The position numbers were made by a program, and so were the translations under genes. The notes beneath the pieces are model-generated. The model made no database searches and was not told where the DNA came from. It saw only the letters and a program-made list of their open reading frames with translations. DNA of 52,199 nt from Candidatus Sungiibacteriota bacterium (lineage in GTDB: Bacteria; Patescibacteriota; Minisyncoccia; Sungbacterales; HO2-52-23), in contig JACPMG010000003.1 in NCBI GenBank assembly GCA_016186095.1, forward strand, positions 1 to 52,199, written 5' to 3'. Positions 24,354 through 32,711 of this stretch are shown here, piece after piece (the stretch's first letter is position 1; the number at the start of each line of letters is the position of its first letter).

Positions 24354-24626
24354 ATGGAGCTTAATAAAAACAAATTTTCGCTGGCGGCAGCGGCAACCAT
24401 GGGCGTTGTTTATGTAGTTTGCGCCGTTTTTGTCTGGCTTTGGCCGGATTTCGCGCTTAAACTCTTCGGCTGGCTGGTGCATTTGGTTAATGTGGACAAA
24501 TTTGCCGGTGATGTTGCCATTACGGCGACCGGGTTTGTTGTTGGGTTGGTCCAGATATTGGTTTACGCTTACGTCGGCGCCTATGTCTTTGCCTGGCTGC
24601 ACAATCGGTTTATGAAAACCGTTTAA
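24354..24626 (+). CDS. Small 3-TM membrane protein (DUF5676-like guess)
   Basis: 90-aa ORF. Confidence 0.45.
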   Translation: MELNKNKFSLAAAATMGVVYVVCAVFVWLWPDFALKLFGWLVHLVNVDKFAGDVAITATGFVVGLVQILVYAYVGAYVFAWLHNRFMKTV

Positions 24627-24654
24627 TAAGGGGTTTAGGTTTTTAAATATATTT

Positions 24655-25350
24655 ATGCATTACGCTTGGCTCATCTGGAGTCTTATGCTTTTGGTTGTTT
24701 GGGCCGCGGTCTATCTTTCTTTAGAAAGTAAAGAAAGTAGAAAGGAGATGCTGGTGGTAAGCCTGTGGACTTCTCTGTTCGGGCTTACAGAGCCCTTATT
24801 CGTGCCGGAATACTGGAGTCCGCCGTCGCTTTTTGATTTGGCGCTAAAGACCGGCTTTGATTTGGAGAGCCTGCTTTTCATTTTTGGCGTTGGCGGTCTT
24901 GCGGTAGTCATCTATGAGAGAATCTTTCGGGTTAAGCATGTAAAAATCAGCGCGGAAGAAAAACACCGGCCGCGTCACAAATATCACCTGCTGGCCATTC
25001 TTTCAGCGCCGATGATCGGTATCCTGTTACTGGTATTTACGGACTTTAACCCTATTTATTCTGTATTCATCGCGCTAATCGGCGGCGGATTGTTTACTTG
25101 GTATTGCCGTCCCGATCTTAAAAAGAAGATGTTAGCAAGCGCATTTATATTTTTGGTACTATATTTTGTTTACTTTCTGACTCTCGTGTTTATGTATCCC
25201 GGATATGTCCAACAAGTCTGGAATCTCTCGGCAATATCAGGAGTTCTTATTTTAGGAATTCCCCTGGAAGAACTTATGTTTGCTTTCGGGATAGGATTTT
25301 TGTGGTCGAGCGCGTATGAGCATATTGGCTGGCGAAAACTCAATTATTAA
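24655..25350 (+). CDS. Lycopene-cyclase-domain-like polytopic membrane protein
   Basis: 231 aa with a PLEE motif (GIPLEELMFAFG). Confidence 0.5.
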   Translation: MHYAWLIWSLMLLVVWAAVYLSLESKESRKEMLVVSLWTSLFGLTEPLFVPEYWSPPSLFDLALKTGFDLESLLFIFGVGGLAVVIYERIFRVKHVKISAEEKHRPRHKYHLLAILSAPMIGILLLVFTDFNPIYSVFIALIGGGLFTWYCRPDLKKKMLASAFIFLVLYFVYFLTLVFMYPGYVQQVWNLSAISGVLILGIPLEELMFAFGIGFLWSSAYEHIGWRKLNY

Positions 25351-25360
25351 AACCTATCGT

Positions 25361-27535
25361 ATGAACCATAAACACAACGCCCAATTTTATACCTGCCCGA
25401 TGCATCCTGAAATAAGACAGGATAAGCCGGGCATGTGTCATGAATGCGGGATGAGTTTGGTGCCTACAGATGCAATCGACGCGCATCATGAACATAAGGC
25501 ATCCACTGACGCACATGATAAGCATGCTGGCCACAGCACGAAAATGTTTTTGAAAAAATTTTGGGTGAGTTCAATCCTCACCATCCCGGTAGTGCTTTAC
25601 GCGGATGTTCTTCAAAAAATCTATGGATGGTCGCCGCCGGACTTTCCCGGATCGGCGTATTTGCCGCTCGTGTTTGGCTCGGTGGTGTTTTTTTACGGCG
25701 GCTGGGTATTTCTGGCAGGAGCATACCGGGAGCTCAAGGCCAGGCTTCCCGGCATGATGACGCTTATCGGTATTGCGATTTTGGCAGCTTACCTCTGGAG
25801 CGTGTACGCGGTATTTGCGGGCGCGGAGGCTTTATTTTGGGAGCTTACGACTTTGATTACCATTATGCTTCTTGGCCATTGGCTTGAGATGCGGGCGGTT
25901 TCAGCCAGCCAAGGAGCGCTCAAAGAACTTTCCAAACTTCTTCCGGATACCGCTGAGGTAATCCGTAACGGCAGAATAGAAACGGTCGCTCTTTCTGAGC
26001 TTAGGGAAAAAGACGTGGTGTTTGTGCGACCGGGAGCTAAAATTCCTGCCGATGGAGTTGTTATGGAAGGTAAAGCGGAAGTGAATGAAGCTATGGTCAC
26101 GGGCGAATCCGCGCCGGTCGCCAAAATGACCAATAGCGCGGTTATCGCAGGCACCATAAATGGTGACGGGGCGCTTAGGATTCGCGTCAGCAGCATCGGC
26201 GAAAAAACATTTCTTGCCGGCGTAATGCGCTTGGTGGCCGAGGCGCAGGCCTCCAAGTCGCGGCTTCAAATTCTTTCAGACCGGGCGGCTTTTTACTTGA
26301 CTATCGTTGCCGTGGCCGGAGGACTCATCACTTTAATAGCTTGGCTCCTGGTCGGTGCTGAAATCGGTTTTGCCGTGGCGCGGCTTGTGGCGGTCCTCGT
26401 CATCGCCTGTCCGCACGCCCTGGGTCTTGCGGTTCCGCTCGTGGCTTCTATTTCAACCACACTTGCGGCTCGTCACGGATTTCTCGTCAAGCAGAGGTTG
26501 GCGCTGGAAGCGGCGCGAAGCACCAATATCGTTCTTTTTGATAAAACCGGAACTCTGACCCGCGGTGAATACGGCGTGACAAATATATGGCCGGTAAAAG
26601 TAGATGAGGAAGAGCTATTTCGGGTGGCCGCGTCAGTTGACATGCATTCCGAACATTTCATTTCCAAGGCCATTGTGAAAAAAGCGGAAGAGGGCGGCGT
26701 TAAAATGGCAGAAGTCAAGGATTTCGCGCGTCTTCCCGGCAAAGGGGTAAGGGGGAGTATAAACGGCGTGGTTATATTTGTCGGCGGGCAGGCGATTTTG
26801 GACGATCTTCAAGTTATGCTGCCCGGGCCGCTTAGAAGCGAGACGGAGGAAGAAAGTAAAAAAGGAAAAACTATTATTTATGTAATTGCGGAGAAAGAAC
26901 TATTGGGTATTTTCGCTCTCGCCGATCTTATAAGAGAGGAGTCGCGCGAAGCAATTCAGGGTTTGAAGGCAATGGGCGTAAAAATTGCGATGGTCACTGG
27001 TGATTCGGAAGGCGTGGCCTCGTGGGTTGCCGGGGAACTGGGCATTGATGAATATTTCGCGAGAGTCCTGCCGCACCAGAAATCGGAAATCGTAAAACGA
27101 TTACAAGAAGGAAAAGCTCCGACGCTCACGGAAGAGAGGTCGGAGTCCCGACCGACTGAAAGTCGCGTCGGGAGAAATAAAGTCGCCATGGTGGGTGATG
27201 GCATTAATGACGCTCCGGCGCTCACCCAAGCAGACCTTGGTATCGCTATAGGCGCGGGCACAAATGTCGCGATTGAATCAGCAGGCATTATTCTTGTCCG
27301 CAATGATCCGCGCGATATTGTGAAAATCATCAAATTATCGCGTCTCACCTATACCAAAATGATTCAAAATCTTTTCTGGGCTACGGGATATAATGTTGTT
27401 GCTCTGCCGCTTGCCGCAGGCGTATTGGTATCAGAAGGAATTCTGCTTCAGCCGGCCCTGGCCGCACTCTTTATGTCTCTTTCCACTATCATTGTCGCAA
27501 TAAACGCGGTGCTTCTCCGAAATAAAGCATTATAG
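25361..27535 (+). CDS. copB: Heavy-metal (copper) translocating P1B-type ATPase, CPH subtype
   Basis: N-terminal YTCPMHPE...CHECGM metal-binding module and a His-rich stretch. TM CPH motif (ACPHAL), DKTGTLT and [14 protein letters not shown]. Confidence 0.9.
   Translation: [724 protein letters not shown]
27117..27173. repeat. 57-nt (19-codon) in-frame double-hairpin element in the ATPase P-domain
   Basis: CTCCGAC (27117-27123)/GTCGGAG (27139-27145) and TCCCGAC (27146-27152)/GTCGGGA (27167-27173). Encodes [19 protein letters not shown] just upstream of [14 protein letters not shown]. Confidence 0.8.
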
Positions 27536-27646
27536 TGCGGCATGGCCGGATCGCATCTTTAACGGTAAAATAAAAGTTGAGACATGAATTTAATTTATGG
27601 GTCGGTCTAGTCAGCCGGTCCCGCCGTAATAGACGAAATAAACGTT

Positions 27647-28030
27647 ATGAATAACATAAAACTTATTGAGTGGGTATTGCGAGTCGCAGTCGCCGGAGAG
27701 TTTATCGGCCATGGAGTTTTTGCTCTGCAGGCCAAAAAGGATTGGGTCGGATGGTTTGCCAAATTTGGGGTTGCGAGTCCCGATACGGCAACTCAAATTT
27801 TGTTTGTTATCGGACTTGCGGATATAGCGCTGGCGATTCTGGTGCTTGTTAAGCCGATCCGCGTAGCGCTGCTTTGGATGGTGCTTTGGGGTTTTTGGAC
27901 CGCGCTCTTGCGCCCGATAGTAGGCATGCCAGTCTGGGATTTTGTGGAGCGTTGGGCCAATTGGGGAGCGCCCTTGGCACTGCTTCTTCTGATCGGCTGG
28001 CCCCGGACCTTAAAAGAATGGTGGAGATAA
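27647..28030 (+). CDS. Hypothetical 4-TM membrane protein (DoxX-like guess)
   Basis: 127-aa ORF. Confidence 0.45.
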   Translation: MNNIKLIEWVLRVAVAGEFIGHGVFALQAKKDWVGWFAKFGVASPDTATQILFVIGLADIALAILVLVKPIRVALLWMVLWGFWTALLRPIVGMPVWDFVERWANWGAPLALLLLIGWPRTLKEWWR

Positions 28031-28031
28031 T

Positions 28032-28793
28032 ATGTTTGAACTCAAAAACAAAGTTGCTTTGGTGACTGGCGGGCGGCGTGGCATGGGTAGAACTCATGCG
28101 CTTGCCTTAGCGGCTCAAGGCGCCAAGATTATAGTGACCGACATTGATGCTCATGAGTGTCTTCCGGTTATTGAGGAGATAAAATCTAAAGGCGGCGAAG
28201 CGGTGTGTTTCAAAATGGACGTGTCCAGTCAGATTGAAGTGAACCTGGTGTTCGATGAGGCGGTAAAACAGTTCGGCCGTCTGGATATTCTGGTAAATAA
28301 CGCCGGCATCTATTTTTCTAAGCCCGCACTGGAGATTACCGAAGGGGATTGGGATAAAATGATTGATATTGATTTAAAAGGCGTATTTTTGTGCGCGCAA
28401 AGAGCCGCCAAAGAGATGGCAAAAAATAAATGGGGGCGGATTATCAATATCGCCTCTGTAGCTTCGGGTGGAGCCGGCGTGGGCATTGCCGGCGGAGCGC
28501 ACTACACCGCGGCCAAAGGCGGCATCATTGGGTTGACAGAAACATTGGCAGTTGAATGGGCGTCTTTGGGGATTAACGTTAATGCCATAGCTCCCGGAGC
28601 GATTGATACGCCGATGGTCCAAGCGGCGCAGATGCCGAAAGCAGCAATGGATGCAATGCTTCAGCGGATTCCGTTGAAAAGAATCGGTAGACCGGAGGAG
28701 GTATCGGCCATGGTTATCTTTTTGGCTTCGGAAGAAGCGAGCTATGTGACCGGCGCCACATTTTATGTGGATGGCGGCTGGCTTGCCCAGTAA
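28032..28793 (+). CDS. SDR family oxidoreductase (FabG-like)
   Basis: TGGRRGMG, NNAG and the YTAAK catalytic motif. Confidence 0.85.
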   Translation: MFELKNKVALVTGGRRGMGRTHALALAAQGAKIIVTDIDAHECLPVIEEIKSKGGEAVCFKMDVSSQIEVNLVFDEAVKQFGRLDILVNNAGIYFSKPALEITEGDWDKMIDIDLKGVFLCAQRAAKEMAKNKWGRIINIASVASGGAGVGIAGGAHYTAAKGGIIGLTETLAVEWASLGINVNAIAPGAIDTPMVQAAQMPKAAMDAMLQRIPLKRIGRPEEVSAMVIFLASEEASYVTGATFYVDGGWLAQ

Positions 28794-28868
28794 TACAATT
28801 TCGGCAACTTATGTTTTGTACCGGCCGCAGTCGGGGCGGCCTGGCGACACAGGTTTAAATAACAGCGC

Positions 28869-29378
28869 ATGAACTTTGAGTCAAGATACATTTCGGCCGC
28901 GTATTTTCGGAATTTTGTATTTGGCGTGGAGGACAGCTTGGTATCTACGGTGGGATTGCTTTCAGGTATTGCGATAGCCGGGATGGATCCCAGGGCAATA
29001 TTCATTACCGGAACTGTTCTCGTGTTTGTGGAAGCGTTCTCCATGGCCGCCGGCAGTTTTCTTTCCGAGCGCTCGGCCGTAGAGTATATGCGTCAGGGCG
29101 AGGCCTCTTTTAAGCATCCGTTTCTCGGCGGGATCGTGATGTTTTTTTCCTACTTTGTATCAGGTTTCATCCCGCTTTTCCCTTATTTGGTTTTTCCTGT
29201 AGCTATGGCTTTTTGGGTATCGGTTGTCTTGTCGTTGGCAGCGCTTTTTGGGTTGGGAGTTATTGGGGCAAGGATTTCTGATATTAGCGTAGTCCGTAGC
29301 GGCTTGAGGATGTTAATAATCGGTGGCGTTGCTATCGCCTTGGGTATTACCGTCGGAAGTTTGATCAAAGTGATATGA
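28869..29378 (+). CDS. VIT1/CCC1 family iron/manganese transporter
   Basis: 169 aa with GVEDSLVSTVGLLSGIA and about 5 TM. Confidence 0.7.
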   Translation: MNFESRYISAAYFRNFVFGVEDSLVSTVGLLSGIAIAGMDPRAIFITGTVLVFVEAFSMAAGSFLSERSAVEYMRQGEASFKHPFLGGIVMFFSYFVSGFIPLFPYLVFPVAMAFWVSVVLSLAALFGLGVIGARISDISVVRSGLRMLIIGGVAIALGITVGSLIKVI

Positions 29379-30634
29379 CCCCGGACATAAAAAAAGTTTT
29401 GATTGTTGGCGCGGGTTTTGGCGGTCTGTCCGCCGCTTTGGTTTTGGAAAAACAAAAACCGGAGAATCTCAAGATAATACTGGTCTCGGATAAGCCTCAC
29501 TTTGAATACACCCCCGCGCTTTACAGGGTGGTTACCGGCCGCTCGCCTCTGGAGGTTTGCATTCCTGTCAGAGAGATAGTGCGCGGCAGAAATATTGAAT
29601 TTTCCATTGATAAAATTGTAGGCGTTGACGTCGGCCAAAAAATAGCCAAAGGGTCTTCCGGAAGCCGTTACCAGTTTGATTACCTTATTTTGGCTTTGGG
29701 CTCGGAGGCATCTTATTTCGGTATACCGGGACTTGAGCAATTTTCTTTAGGGTTTAAATCTATTCCCGAGGCGCTGAAATTAAAGCGGCACCTGCACCGG
29801 CTTTTTGAGGATTGCGTGAACCCCGTGGGGAAGCCTGATGAAAAAATCTGTTTATTGCATTTGGTAGTGGTGGGAGCGGGTGCCAGCGGGGTTGAGCTTG
29901 CGGGGGAGCTTGCCGTCTATACCAAAAAACTTGCCAGTCAACATAAAGTCGATCCGGCTCTCATAACTATTGACTTGGTTGAGGCCGCGCCGAGGATTTT
30001 GCCTATGTTTGCTGAAGTCGTATCGGCCAGGGTGGCGGATCGTCTAAGGCATTTGGGTATAAATATATATGTAAATCGTCCCATGGTAAAAGAAGACATC
30101 GAAGGCATTCAGGTGCAGGGGATGAGTGTGAAAACCAAGACGGTAATCTGGACCGCGGGCGTTAAGCCCAACTCATTTTATCAAGAAGCAAAGATTTTTG
30201 AATATGACCAGAAAGGCCGCGTGATTGTTGACGAATATTTGCAGGCCAAGGGTTTGAAAAACATTTTTGTGATGGGGGACGGCGCTTCAACTAAATATTC
30301 GGGCCTGGCGCAAACCGCGATCTCTGACGGTAAATTAGTCGCGCAAAATATAATTCGTATGCTGGGAAGTAGGCCGCTTATTCGGCAGCAGGAGCGGAAA
30401 CCTTATTATGTTGTCCCGGCAGGCCCTGGCTGGGCCGTGGCGATTCTTGGCCGGGTTACGATTTACGGAGCGGTAGGTTGGTTTGTCCGGCGAGCCGCCG
30501 ATTTTCGTTATTTCCTTTCCATTCTTTCCTTGGGCAAGGCCCTAACCGTTTTTCGCAACGGCAGGACTCTATGTGAGGCGTGTTCTATCTGCCTTCCCCA
30601 GTACAACGGCGATGGATTCGGCAAGAAAATATAA
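29375..30634 (+). CDS. ndh: Type II NADH dehydrogenase-like FAD/NAD(P) oxidoreductase
   Basis: GAGFGG and GAGASGVE dinucleotide-binding motifs, plus MGDGAS. ATGA overlap with the upstream gene. Confidence 0.75.
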   Translation: MTPDIKKVLIVGAGFGGLSAALVLEKQKPENLKIILVSDKPHFEYTPALYRVVTGRSPLEVCIPVREIVRGRNIEFSIDKIVGVDVGQKIAKGSSGSRYQFDYLILALGSEASYFGIPGLEQFSLGFKSIPEALKLKRHLHRLFEDCVNPVGKPDEKICLLHLVVVGAGASGVELAGELAVYTKKLASQHKVDPALITIDLVEAAPRILPMFAEVVSARVADRLRHLGINIYVNRPMVKEDIEGIQVQGMSVKTKTVIWTAGVKPNSFYQEAKIFEYDQKGRVIVDEYLQAKGLKNIFVMGDGASTKYSGLAQTAISDGKLVAQNIIRMLGSRPLIRQQERKPYYVVPAGPGWAVAILGRVTIYGAVGWFVRRAADFRYFLSILSLGKALTVFRNGRTLCEACSICLPQYNGDGFGKKI

Positions 30635-30640
30635 TTGACG

Positions 30641-30679
30641 GATAACAAAACTCCGGTTCTAAGCCGGAGTTTTGTTATC
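30641..30679. terminator. Bidirectional terminator, perfect 16-bp stem
   Basis: GATAACAAAACTCCGG-TTCTAAG-CCGGAGTTTTGTTATC. Confidence 0.75.
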
Positions 30680-31241
30680 AGCGAATAAGAGTTCCGATGC
30701 GTATGATGATCGCGGCCAAGGCATTGGTTACGACATTTTTGTACGTCCCGCTTAAGTTATAATCGTCGGAGAGGTAAGTGAGGATGGTGGCTACCGCGAA
30801 AAATATAAGCCAAGTTGCGGTAAACAATTCTCCCCAATGTTTGGGCGGTTCTTTGCCGCGGCGGCGCTCCAGTTCTTTGACTACCACGTATACTCCCAGC
30901 GCCCCGAGGTAGGGTTCCGATAAAGTGTCTATGATATAAGGAAAGGATTTTGGAACTTGTTTCGACAGGAAGAAGGTAATGATGGAAAGACCGAGATAAA
31001 GATAGGTAAAGGTACTTAAGAGATAGTAGAGAAGTGTTAAGAAATTCTTGTAGAGATACTCTTTTACGGCACGACGCAAAACCGCGAAGATATTTTCCTC
31101 CTTTTGAGCCGTGCTTTGATTTTCTTCTCCGGGTATATTTCTCCCGAAAAAGAGTAAGTGTGTCCACCAGGCCATACGTCGATCCCCTGCAAACGGATCG
31201 AAGCATGACTTGGGAAGCCAGACTTCCCTTGGTTTTTGCAC
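30678..31241 (-). CDS. Hypothetical membrane protein (start uncertain)
   Basis: 187-aa ORF with about 4 TM. Confidence 0.45.
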   Translation of the reverse strand: MQKPREVWLPKSCFDPFAGDRRMAWWTHLLFFGRNIPGEENQSTAQKEENIFAVLRRAVKEYLYKNFLTLLYYLLSTFTYLYLGLSIITFFLSKQVPKSFPYIIDTLSEPYLGALGVYVVVKELERRRGKEPPKHWGELFTATWLIFFAVATILTYLSDDYNLSGTYKNVVTNALAAIIIRIGTLIR

Positions 31242-31456
31242 GGCTTACCGAGAACTTTTCCACATCTTGTTGACAAAATCCTCTCTTTTTGGCGAAAGAG
31301 AGGATGGAAAAGTGCTTGACGGGTTTTCAAACGGCCCTTTTTTCTAGGTACGGGATTGCGGAAAACTATTTATCTATGCGGTATTTTATCCCTCTTATAC
31401 CATTATAACATTTGTCATATCTTTTTGGTATCTATGAAGTATGATATCATGGAGTT

Positions 31457-31861
31457 ATGAGTTTTCTCCAAAAAATTAAACCGGAATGGCCGCTGCGTTT
31501 GGGTTTAGGGCTTATGTATATTTATTCCGGTTTCAGCTTATTTTCCGAGCCGATCTATTGGGTCGGGTTTGTTCCCGGATGGTTTGACGGTCTTATCGCC
31601 AACATCATGCCCGTAGAATTATTTTTGCGTGTGCAGGGCGTTGGCGAATTTTTTGTCGGCTTGCTGTTTCTTGCCTGGTTCGGAGGAATCTGGGGTACGC
31701 GCATAGCTTCAATTCTGTCTTCACTATCGCTTGCCGCGATTATAGTTTTTGTCGGCGTGGATTTGGTTACTTTTCGCGATGTCGGACTTCTGGGAGCGGC
31801 CGTGGCCCTTTTGGTCATTTCTTGGAGCAGAAATTCGCTAGTCGGGAAAGAAGTAGTATAG
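31457..31861 (+). CDS. Hypothetical 4-TM membrane protein
   Basis: 134-aa ORF with a terminator downstream. Confidence 0.5.
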   Translation: MSFLQKIKPEWPLRLGLGLMYIYSGFSLFSEPIYWVGFVPGWFDGLIANIMPVELFLRVQGVGEFFVGLLFLAWFGGIWGTRIASILSSLSLAAIIVFVGVDLVTFRDVGLLGAAVALLVISWSRNSLVGKEVV

Positions 31862-31871
31862 AAAAATATTT

Positions 31872-31894
31872 GCAGCCCCCGGAAGGGGGGCTGC
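31872..31894. terminator. Bidirectional terminator hairpin
   Basis: GCAGCCCCC-GGAAG-GGGGGCTGC followed by TTT. Confidence 0.7.
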
Positions 31895-31918
31895 TTTGGT
31901 TCCATATTTTGTTATATT

Positions 31919-32524
31919 TTATTTCCCTCCGCCATCGCTCGGCCCGGCCGTTCCGGGAACAGCGCTGATATCCTCTACCGGCGGCGCTGGCGGCGGAGCA
32001 GGAGGCGGGGCCGGCTCTGAAAGCGCGCCAACAACAGCAGAAACGGCAAATGCCACAACAGCGATTACTGCTCCAACTACCGTAGCCATTCCTATTGCGG
32101 TAGCCGCAATGCCAAGAGCGGTCCCCACGACACTTATACCCATTTGTGCTTTTCCGGTGTTGGTAGATGTGTCCGGAGCAGGTGTTCCCACAACACCGCC
32201 CAGACCGACTGCGTGCGCCCCGGCATTGGCAACCGAATTTTGAGCTGCAGTGGAGACGCCGTTCACAGCCGCCGCTCCAACGCCCGTTGACCGGCCGTCA
32301 GCACTTCCTCCGTTTTGCGCCCCAGCCTGGCCTCCGTCTTGTTCAGATCCGGAAGGCGATGTCGCGCCAGGAGATGTTTCGCTAAAACCCGGCTGGCTCT
32401 GTGCCGAAACGATATTAACATGATTTCCGGCAAGCGGGAGAACGCTTAAGAGAATCGCCAGAATAATAGCAATCCATTGTTTAGGAAAGTAAAAATTGTT
32501 GAACCAAAAGTTATTCCTCCGCAT
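31919..32524 (-). CDS. Secreted Gly/Ala/Ser-rich protein with a Gly/Ala-rich double hydrophobic segment and a Pro-rich tail
   Basis: Start taken at MRRNNFWF (32524), where a signal-like segment follows. Contains GISVVGTALGIAATAIGMATVVGAVIAVVAFAVSAVVGAL and PAPPPAPPPAPP. Confidence 0.5.
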   Translation of the reverse strand: MRRNNFWFNNFYFPKQWIAIILAILLSVLPLAGNHVNIVSAQSQPGFSETSPGATSPSGSEQDGGQAGAQNGGSADGRSTGVGAAAVNGVSTAAQNSVANAGAHAVGLGGVVGTPAPDTSTNTGKAQMGISVVGTALGIAATAIGMATVVGAVIAVVAFAVSAVVGALSEPAPPPAPPPAPPVEDISAVPGTAGPSDGGGK

Positions 32525-32696
32525 AGGGGTCTTTTTTCTTATAGCCAGGTTCAAAAACTTTGAGGGAAGGACGCTTGTATTCTTGCTTGGGTTTTTCCGG
32601 GCCTTGGCCGCTGGCATAAAACCAAATCTTCCGGAGTGCTACTCCGACCAGCGGTGGTCCGAGGATAGAGACGGCGATAATAATGGCTTGGCTCAT
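32511..32696 (-). CDS. Possible small single-TM protein
   Basis: 61-aa ORF 15 nt after the 742-aa gene. Overlaps the next start by 14 nt. No clear RBS. Confidence 0.3.
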   Translation of the reverse strand: MSQAIIIAVSILGPPLVGVALRKIWFYASGQGPEKPKQEYKRPSLKVFEPGYKKKDPYAEE

Positions 32697-32711
32697 GGGA
32701 AGTAAGTTAAT

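Noticed and set aside
31279-31306. Hairpin ATCCTCTCTTT-TTGGCG-AAAGAGAGGAT as a terminator
   Set aside because: It sits upstream of, not downstream of, the minus-strand gene 30678-31241 and upstream of the plus-strand gene 31457. Without transcript data its role (leader structure or remnant) cannot be assigned.
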